In this document: in pieces, positions 48,501 through 56,700 of the stretch | Layout: each line of letters begins with the position of its first letter | Position numbering within the stretch: position 1 is the first letter of the stretch | From: Thermoplasmata archaeon | GTDB lineage: Archaea; Thermoplasmatota; Thermoplasmata; GCA-020350865 | DNA: 64,000 nt | NCBI GenBank assembly: GCA_020348445.1 | Contig: CP070751.1 | Coordinates: forward strand, 4,321,723 to 4,385,722 | Direction of reading: 5' to 3' | Translations under genes and position numbers: made by a program | The notes under the pieces: model-generated | The model's input: only the letters and a program-made list of their open reading frames with translations | Told to the model about the DNA's origin: nothing | The model's database searches: none

Positions 48501-50512
48501 GCATTTTTAAAAGCAGTTATAGCGAATTCAATATTTCTCGAAGCTCCATTGATATTAACGGTTTCAATGTTTTGTATAATCTACCTGCAGCCATTGGAAA
48601 AAATCAACTGGAAACGAAGTTGTGGCTTGCCACACTAAATGAGCATCAAAATACGCCCATCAGGGTATTATTCAGTGTGAGGGATACAGCTGGTAATCAG
48701 GATCTTTCCGATATTATAGTGAACCATTGTAAGGGAGCGTTATTGATCAATGAAACGACCATCGCCCCTTTGATCATCCCCAAAGGCTCAAATGATGTAC
48801 CCATTTTAAAAATTGAATTAAGTGCAATTAATAAGGATATAACTTTTGAATCCCTTAACCTCACTAAAACAGGCACCGCTACCAACACAGATATAGGTCC
48901 CCTTTCTGTTTTTTTAGATAAAAATAATAACGATATCTTCGATATCCACGAGGATGAAAGAATTATACGGGTTTTGGGAGGGTTCATACAAAATAAGCTA
49001 AATATACAAATTGCTCAAAATCTCATAAAAGACCGAACAGAATCCATATTCATCACTTTGGACATATCTGAATCTGCGAAAGATGCAAGTACCATTGGAT
49101 TAAGAATTGCAGAGCCAAAGGATGTTGTTTTCTCCCTTGGTGTTTTGACACTTACTTCTTTTTATCGGACCAACAGCTATATAGATAAAATTGGAGACAA
49201 CATAGCCATAGACGGAGCATTTGGGGATTGGACCTCAAAACCACTTTTGAGTGATTCTTACAAAGATGTGAAACTGGGAAATCATAGTGTTGAAAATCCC
49301 AATATAGATATATTGCGCTATAACATCCAACACAACTCTTCTGCCCTGTCCTTCTTTCTAGATGTAAGCGGCACTATGTTGGGGGGAGTTTGTGTTCCTT
49401 GGAATGCCACACGCCCTCCTGAATCAAGGGAAGGTGGATTGAAGGACAGTGATGGAGACGGGATAGCAGATGAAGATGAACCTGGATTCGAACATGATTT
49501 TGACAACGATGAAGGCCTACCCAATGATCCCAATAATCCAGTAAGTCCGAATACAGGGTCTGATGGCCTCGATCACGACAGCGATGACGATGGTGTTGAG
49601 GATTGGCCCTGGGGAAACGATACAGTCCTCAAAAACCCACGAACAGGGAAGACCAAATATATTGGAGAGCCTGCTTTACCTCCTCCACTTCCCATGGTCA
49701 CAGGGGAGGATATGATATATATTTTCATTGATTCAGATGACAATCCACAAACAGGTTACTTTATCAATGAATTCATGGGGGCTGAATTCATGCTTAACAT
49801 CTCAGGAAAGGGCAATCATATAACTGGGAAATATCTAAACATTTTCAACTCCTCTAATTCTAAAAAATGGAAATGGAACCTGATGAAGGATGTTAACGCT
49901 GCCATAGATTCAAGATCTTTTGAGGCAGACGTTGCATTCGATATTCTGGGGATACCAAACAACAGCACCTTCAATATCTGGTTTTTCACAACTGATTGGC
50001 AAAATCGAGGGGAAATGTCAGATTTAAGTGTCAGTGAAACCAGAGAAAATAGAATGACAAGGGCAAAAGGTGGAGGGGGAAGCGCAGTAATAAATGAGGT
50101 ATTCCCTGATACAAATGGATGGGTTGAGCTTTACAACCCCACCAATAAAGCCGTGGATCTTACTGGTTGGTATGTCACTTGGAGTGGAGGGACATACAAC
50201 ATTCCCGCAGGAACAACCATTCAATCCAACGATTATCTTGTATTCAATATAGGAAACATTCCCTCAACCGACACAACGGGATTGTACAACCAAAAGAACC
50301 AGAAAAAGGATGAAACGAGCTTTACTAACATCCCCTTAAACTTTGGATGGGGTAGGAATCCAAGTAAGACACAGGACTGGTATATTACCTATCCTACACC
50401 AAATGGACCAAATATCATACCTGAGTTTTCTAATGTTTTTATTCCTATCATATTCATAGGAATTGTTTTTTGTTTGTTTAGATACCGCAGAAGAAAATAT
50501 CTTCTTGGGTGA
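45548..50512 (+). CDS. Giant trans-envelope protein B (1654 aa): degenerate KaiC domain, Lys/Ser-rich linker, 6 zinc ribbons, NG repeats, TM, shared extracellular module, lamin-tail domain, PEF-CTERM
   Basis: KSGILGFDPLIEGGFPKG..GPTGLEKE (broken Walker A); six CxxC-x10-CxxC units; TM ILVTIGLVMLLFISPFLISSFV; INEVFPDTNGWVELYN; IPEFSNVFIPIIFIGIVFCLFRYRRRK. TTG start overlaps the upstream gene. Confidence 0.85.
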   Translation: MSKKRSYNKKVKSGILGFDPLIEGGFPKGSSILLQGPTGLEKELFYMQFIKEGLENGESTVVLLSVKSPENLKDELLDLGLDVELLLEQKRLIIIDWCSWKTENIVYIQEEGSILRCAADIMNVSIALGKALSMIKGERIRAAGDILSDALNSETLRTVYEFAKGCKVKFDEKGVTALFTLEKEIHDPETISKLQTPFDGIIDIEREKIENKVVRKIGILAMKNSSIPSHYEDLNIGKNEVFIGELPKRKDKTSKEKSKSKKSKSSKASKTHSAPKKSKSSKKSDKSKKSKSSKESKPSKSPETSKSRPPSKKPKSLKTSKKPRSSTKSKSSKSPKKPKSSKARKSSKSSVSSKKTKQTKSPEPDLLPVTEESQDAELEEKEVKVEEKVEEKPKQSIYLCVECGAFIGKQGEKCSICGAVFFEEEETEDEEDEGENIPEIEREEIDSHDLYLCPECGALLSPDAEICINCGSSLEEEESEGEEPEDESTSEPENVPDLLDSEPKTEIFLCPECGALLGPDAEICVNCGSSIKDVEFQEEDIISELEDVLDFVTHDKETEIFLCPECGAFISSMVNECSICGVVFEEEEGIESVEEETILKSEEVPDFWYRKEHAMPYICPWCGAFIKAGETWCDICNAEIVSGKQHVTEPSEEEDFSPLWIPSENLCPKCGAFNANDAQGCSVCGKQIKEEIRTVEEEITQQESTYDAKIEDEIENLIALLEEFDTEEEESLTSSPKIDIKYDRKDAIGITNGLTNGLKARTSKVRKCFINGITNGIKTPKRGMTNGLTNGMIMELKALRDGFTNGKGISNGLTNGLTNGLTNGLRRLRRGITNGITNGNGITNGIGPVKETMVKKAKISKILVTIGLVMLLFISPFLISSFVPSHEPLQIDGNFSDWDNFMRYSDSLTDQTKNQDINIEEFKVTHNRWGEIAFYLKVRGTLLSGQYGLDSVHIFIDEDDNTETGYRIRTIGADKLIFITGWNNSIFKSSYSEFNISRSSIDINGFNVLYNLPAAIGKNQLETKLWLATLNEHQNTPIRVLFSVRDTAGNQDLSDIIVNHCKGALLINETTIAPLIIPKGSNDVPILKIELSAINKDITFESLNLTKTGTATNTDIGPLSVFLDKNNNDIFDIHEDERIIRVLGGFIQNKLNIQIAQNLIKDRTESIFITLDISESAKDASTIGLRIAEPKDVVFSLGVLTLTSFYRTNSYIDKIGDNIAIDGAFGDWTSKPLLSDSYKDVKLGNHSVENPNIDILRYNIQHNSSALSFFLDVSGTMLGGVCVPWNATRPPESREGGLKDSDGDGIADEDEPGFEHDFDNDEGLPNDPNNPVSPNTGSDGLDHDSDDDGVEDWPWGNDTVLKNPRTGKTKYIGEPALPPPLPMVTGEDMIYIFIDSDDNPQTGYFINEFMGAEFMLNISGKGNHITGKYLNIFNSSNSKKWKWNLMKDVNAAIDSRSFEADVAFDILGIPNNSTFNIWFFTTDWQNRGEMSDLSVSETRENRMTRAKGGGGSAVINEVFPDTNGWVELYNPTNKAVDLTGWYVTWSGGTYNIPAGTTIQSNDYLVFNIGNIPSTDTTGLYNQKNQKKDETSFTNIPLNFGWGRNPSKTQDWYITYPTPNGPNIIPEFSNVFIPIIFIGIVFCLFRYRRRKYLLG
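46290..46635 (+). repeat. Lys/Ser/Pro low-complexity tract in protein B
   Basis: KSKSKKSKSSKASK..KKSKSSKKSDKSKKSKSSKESKPSKSP..; about 115 aa dominated by K, S and P. Confidence 0.9.
47792..48088 (+). repeat. [LIMF][ST]NG repeat tract in protein B
   Basis: GITNGLTNGL..INGITNGI..GMTNGLTNGM..GFTNGKGISNGLTNGLTNGLTNGLRRLRRGITNGITNGNGITNGIGP. Confidence 0.95.
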
Positions 50513-50772
50513 ACGTTGGCGGAAGAAGGTGATTAGGTTAAATATCTCATTTTCCACCTTACAAAAAAAATAGTGCCAATGATCTACATTTGGACTGGAT
50601 CTGAGTCACACTTGTCATGATGTTACACGGTGTAGTTTTTTTCTCCACAGCTTTACAAAAGTTTGTGACACATATTTAAATTATTCTTTCATTTTTGTAC
50701 AATATATTGCTACAAATATTATTACCCAGTAGTAAACTAGGTACTATATAATAGAGGAGAAGAGGGAACTCG

Positions 50773-53700
50773 ATGGAGTTAGGCTCCTTAAAAATCTTCT
50801 TGAGTATGCACGGAATCAGCCCACGGGCAGCGGAGATACTCTACAATGCTGGTTTTGATGATATTCAAAAGCTGAAGAGTGCCTCAATCCAAGAATTAAT
50901 AGAAATTTCAGGCATCGACACACAAACTGCCTTAAAAATCAGGAATGTGGTTCTTAAGACGGATTTTGACGAGAAAGAAGTAAAGGGCGAGATATTCATT
51001 TGTTCTAAATGCGGAGCCTTTGTGTCATCATCATCAAAAAAATGTGATGTTTGTGGAGCTTCAATAAAGGACTTTTTTGAAGAGGGAAAGCAAGAAGCGA
51101 AGGTAGAAGGGGAGATAAAAGGTGTAAAAGATCACACAAGGGATTTAGAAGATATCGATAATTACCTGAATATCCTGGCTGGGATATTAGAGTTAAAGCA
51201 CGGGGATAGAGCACTTACAATTAGAAAAATAGAAAAGGAATTGGACACCTTCATAGATGAACTTGAAGGGGATATACCACACGAGCTTTATTTATCTAAA
51301 TTAGATATAGAGCCCCTATTTTATTGTCCAGAATGCGGAGCATCGATTACCAAGGTGTCTGATAAATGCGAAATATGTGGATTACTTTTCGGGGAGCCAA
51401 TATTTGAACCTTTGGAATTTCCAAAGGATGATATTAGTATAAAGCAACTTTTTGAAAGGGATGTTAATAAGGCGAGCTTACTTGTGGGTATAAGCGTAGA
51501 GTTAAAGAAGGCACAGGACATACCGGAACTTTGGTACTCCAAGGGTGTAATTTTTGCAGATATGGAAGAGCATGAGCTGGCGATAAAAAGTTTTGATAGG
51601 GTCCTTGTTCTTGATAAGAATAACAGCAAGGCATGGAACGCTAAAGCCTCTTCCCTTGCTAAGCTTGGAAGGTATAATGAAGCGTCAGAATGTTTTGGAA
51701 GGGTGACAGGTCTTCTACTTCGGGCTTTCGAGACGAGGCAAAAAGATGAGGAGGAGTTGAAGATCCAGGAGGATGCTGTTTTATATGTCTGTGGTGAATG
51801 TGGTGCTTTTATCGGCGATTACGCACAAACGTGTCAAACATGCGGATCCAAGGTGATCGAGGATATCGAGAGCATCGTGTCCCAAATTCCATCGCATGAG
51901 ATAGAAGAGGAATTACCATCTGAAATTGAAGAGGAATTGGATGTCATAAGTGTGGATCAGGATATATCGACATTGGTGGATACCCAGCTAAGGGCTAAGG
52001 AACCAGCCTTGTTGATGAGCTGTCCCGAGTGTGGGGCCTTCATAGAAAAGGAGGAAAAGAAGTGTAATATATGCGGGTTGATTTTGGGGGTCCCCATCGA
52101 GGAATCACCAGAAGCACTTGAAGAATTTATTCTTGCCACGACACCCATTGGAGTGGAGATCGAGAAAACACGGCATCTGGCGAGTATCAATGCAGAATTG
52201 AAAAAGAAACCAAATGATCTGGAGCTTTGGTATTCAAAGGGTGTAATTCTAGCGGATATGGGTGAGCATGAACTCGCAATAAAATGTTTTGACAGAATTT
52301 TAACACTGGATGATAACCACAGCAAGGCATGGAACGCCAAAGCCTTTTCCCTGGCAAAACTCGGGCGGTTCAATGAGGCATCCATATGTCTTGCTAAGGT
52401 TGCTGAGCCCGTATTTGAAACATTTGACGAGATAGGTAGGTACGAGAAAGAATTATTGTTCGAGGTAAAGGAAAGATTTCAGACGTGTCTTACATGCGGG
52501 GTGCCTCTGAATTGGGATGATACAGTCTGTTACAACTGCGGAACCGCAGTTGCGGAGTTCAAAGAGGCTGTGGAGGAGGAAGCAAAGAAGGGAGTCTCAA
52601 GAGACTTCCGTAAGCGTTGGGAAAAAATATCTCAATTTGAGGAGCCCATAGATACTGATGTCCCTGTTGAGGAAACAAAAGAACCTGAGGAAATCGAGGA
52701 ATCATTTGAAGAACCGAAAGAGTTTGAGATGCCCTATGAGGAGCCTGAGGTTCCGGTTGAAGAATTTGAGGAAGAGATCGAGGCTCCATTTAAAGAACCT
52801 GAGGAGCTTGAATTACCCCATGAAGAACCCGAAGAATTAGAGATTCCATTTGAAGAGTTTGAGGCTCCAATAGAGGAACCTGAAGAAATAAAGGCCCCAT
52901 TCAAGGAACCTGAGGAGCTTGAATTACCTTATGAAGAACAAGAAGAAATAGAGGTTCCAGTTGAAGAATTTGAGGAAGAGGTCGAAGCTCCGATAGAGGA
53001 ACCTGAAGAAATAGAGGCCCCATTTGAAGAACTTGAAGAACTTGAATTACCCCATGAAGAACCTGAAGAGTTTGAAGTTCCCATTGAAGAGGCTAAAAAG
53101 GTTGAGGCCTCCTTTGAAGAACCTGAAGAGTTTAAAGTTCCCATTGAAGAGGCTGAAAAGGATGAGACTCCCTTTGAAGAACCTGAAGAGTTTGAGTTAC
53201 CAATGGAAGAACCTGATGAAGTTGAAGTTCATGAAGAAGAGCCTGTGGTATTTGAATTAGTACAAGAAGAACCAGTAGAGGTCGAAGCTCCTGTCGAAGA
53301 ACCAAAGGAGGTTGAATTACCAGTTGAAGAACCTAAAGAGGTTGAGGTTCCAGTTGAAGAATTTAAGGAAGAAATCGAAGCTCCGATAGAGGAACCGGAA
53401 GAAGTTGAGGCCCCTGTTGAAGAACCAAAAGAGATTGAAGTTCCAGTGGAAGAATTTGAGGAAGAATTCCTAATTAAAGAGCTCAACGAATTTGGGGCAT
53501 TACTTGAAGAACCAGAGGAAGTCGAGGCTCCTTTAGAGGAACCTGAGGAAGTTGAAGTTGCTTTCGAAGAACTTGAAGAGTTTGAACTTCCCAAAGAAGA
53601 ACCTGAGGAAATCGAAGTTCCATTTGAAGAACCAGAGGATATTGAGGCTCCTTTAGAGGAACTTGAGGAAGTCACAGTTCCATTAAAAGAACTAGAAGAC

Positions 53701-56700
53701 ATTGCGTTTCCTATTATAGAGCCTGAAGAAGTTGAAATTCCATTAGAAGAAATAGAAGATATTGAGGCTCCCTTAGAAGAGCTTGAGGAAGTTGAAGTTC
53801 CTGTAGAAGAACCAGAAGACATTGAGGCTCCTTTAGAGGAACCTGAGGCAGTTGAAGTTCCATTAGAAGAACTAGAAGATATTGAGGTTCGTATTGAAGA
53901 ACCAAAAGAAGTTGAAGTTCCTATAGAGGAACCAGAGGAAGTCAAGGCTCCTTTCGAAGAACTTGAAGAGTTTGAGCTTCCCAAAGAAGAACCTGAGGAA
54001 ATTGAAATTCCATTAGAAGAACTAGAAGATATTGGGGCTCCTTTAGAGGAACTAGAAGAAGTCGAGGCTCCTTTCGAAGAACTTGAAGAGTTTGAGCTTC
54101 CCAAGGAAGAACCTGAGGAAATTCCATTTGAGGAGCCCAAAGGGGTCGATACCTTATCCGAAGAGCTTGAGAAGAGGGGTGTTCACTCATGTCCAAATTG
54201 CGGATGGCCGTTCGAAGAGGGTGCCTTTGAATGCGATATCTGCGGTGCAGATGTTGAGATATTTAAAGAAGTACCATCTATAGAGGACAAAGGATTAATA
54301 AGCATAGGAGCTGAGCCCGAAACCGGGGCAAAAATATCAGGTCTTACTAATGGCCTGACCAATGGTACGAGAGCCCACAGAGGAGGGCTTGTCAATGGAA
54401 ATGGGATAACCAATGGATTTACCAACGGAATTACAAATGGTTTAACAAATGGTCTGAAAAAGGCCAGGTTGGGATTGACCAATGGAATCACAAACGGTCT
54501 TACAAATGGATTAACAAACGGTTTGACAAATGGATTAAGGGCTCTGAAGATGGGTATCACAAATGGTATCACAAACGGTAACGGAATCACAAACGGTCTT
54601 AGTGCGCAAACGGTAAAAACCACAACGAAAAAGAGCGCAAGTAGAATTGTTGTCGCATGGTTACTCATTGTGGCTTTGATATCATTTCCTTTTATTTTGA
54701 GCAATCTCAGTGAGGAATCTAAAATAGTGGAGATCGATGGTAATTTCAGAGAATGGCGTGATATCCCTGGCTATTCTGATTCATCGATGGACCAGATTTA
54801 CAATCAAGACATAAACATCGATGAGTACAAGCTGAAACTCAACAATTTAGGGGAACTCGCATTCTATCTAAGGGTGAACGGGACCATGTTAAACGGTGCT
54901 TACGGTATGGACTCAGTTAATATTTTCATAGACGAGGACGATAATTTTGATACTGGTTATAAGATATCTACATTGGGGGCCGACAAGATGATAGCTGTCT
55001 GGGGATGGGACAACATCATATATGATGGAGGTTACAGCGAGTTCAACATGTCGCACTCGCAATTGGACCTAAATGGTTTCGATATATTCTATGAGATACC
55101 AACTGCCATTGATAAGGATAAACTTGAGACGAAGTTATGGCTTTCTGTTTTAAATGTGGAATTGAATCGGCCCGTGAAGGTGCTTTTCAATGCCAGAGAT
55201 ACAGCGGGTAACGAGGATATATCGGATGTGATAATCAGTCAAATAGATGGCGCGCTTCTCATCAACGAAATAAGTATCGCGCCACTGGAAATCCCAAAAG
55301 GTGCGAACAGGTTGCCAATGTTAAAATTGGAATTGAGTGCAAATGGTGAAGATATATTGTTGAAATCCATGAACCTTACCATAACAGGCACCGTAACAAG
55401 TAATGATTTAACGGGAATTAGCATTTATCTTGACAGTAACGAAAACGGTATCTTGGATGGGACAGGAGATGAAGAAATTGCGAGGATAGACAATGGAATT
55501 GACGAAAGCAAGGTCAATGTCCCAGTTTCTTTGTCCATAATAGAGGACAAGGAAGAAACACTCTTTGTGACCATAGATGTATCCTACGAAGTACAAGATA
55601 TAAAAACCATAGGAATACGAATTGCAGAGCCTAGTGATGTCATTTTTGAGCCCGGTGTTATAACACTAATACCTGTGTATGTTACGAGCAGCTACATTGG
55701 TGATGTGGGTGATAACATAACCATCGATGGGGCATTTGCCGATTGGAAAAACCATCCCTCAAGAAGCGATGCTCACCACGATGTTAGAAATCAGGGTAAT
55801 CTAATAGAAAATCTGAACGTTGATATAGCAAACTACAATGTACAAAATGACTTTCATGCTTTATCCTTCTATCTTGATGTTGGGGGTACTATGCTTGGCG
55901 GAGTAACTGTACCCTGGAATGCAACACGTCCTTCTGAACCGATAAGAGGTGGACCAGTTGATAGTGATGGTGATGGAATACCTGATGTGGAGGAAGCCTC
56001 GGAGTTCAGACATGATTTCGACAATGACGCAGGATCCCCTGATGAACTAGATAATCCGGTGAGGCCGAATACCGGGCCAGATGGCTACGATCACGACAGT
56101 GATAACGATGGCCAGGAAGATTGGCCATGGGGTAATGATACGATCCTAAAGCAACCTAAAACAGGGAGGAAGCGATATATAGGCGAACCCCGTCCACCTC
56201 CCAAACTGCCAGTGGTCACGGGTGAAGATGTGGCTTATATTTTCATAGATGCAGATAACGATAAATCCACAGGTTATTATGTTAATGAAATATTTGGTGC
56301 AGATTTCATGCTCAATATTTCGGGGAAAGGTAACCTCATAACATCAAAATACATAAACAGATTCAATTCTACAAATATTAGAAGTTGGAAATGGAACATT
56401 ATAGGGAATTTGAGCGCTGCTATAGATTCACATGCTTTAGAGGCAAAGGCCGACTTCGATGTCCTTGATATTTTACCAAACGAAACCTTTAGTATCTGGT
56501 TTTTCACCACTGATTGGCGGGACTCATATGATTTATCTGATTACAGCCTTTCTGATACCAGAGACATTAGGGGAACCAGGGCCGGAAAGGGAAATCCCAT
56601 AATAAATGAAATTTATCCCGATACAAATGGATGGGTGGAACTGTACAATCCTACAAACAAACAATTACGTCTTACAGGATGGAGTATAACATTTAGCGGT

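Noticed and set aside
53229-54140. 303-aa Ser-rich minus-strand ORF, and similar ORFs at 37887-38717, 38988-39638, 46237-46737, 47395-48315 and 54183-54704
   Set aside because: These are antisense shadows of Glu-, Lys- or NG-rich repeats, whose reverse complements lack stop codons; no independent coding signal.
39322-54600. NG repeats as N-glycosylation arrays
   Set aside because: The residue two after Asn is hydrophobic, not Ser/Thr, and the tracts lie on the predicted cytoplasmic side of the TM.
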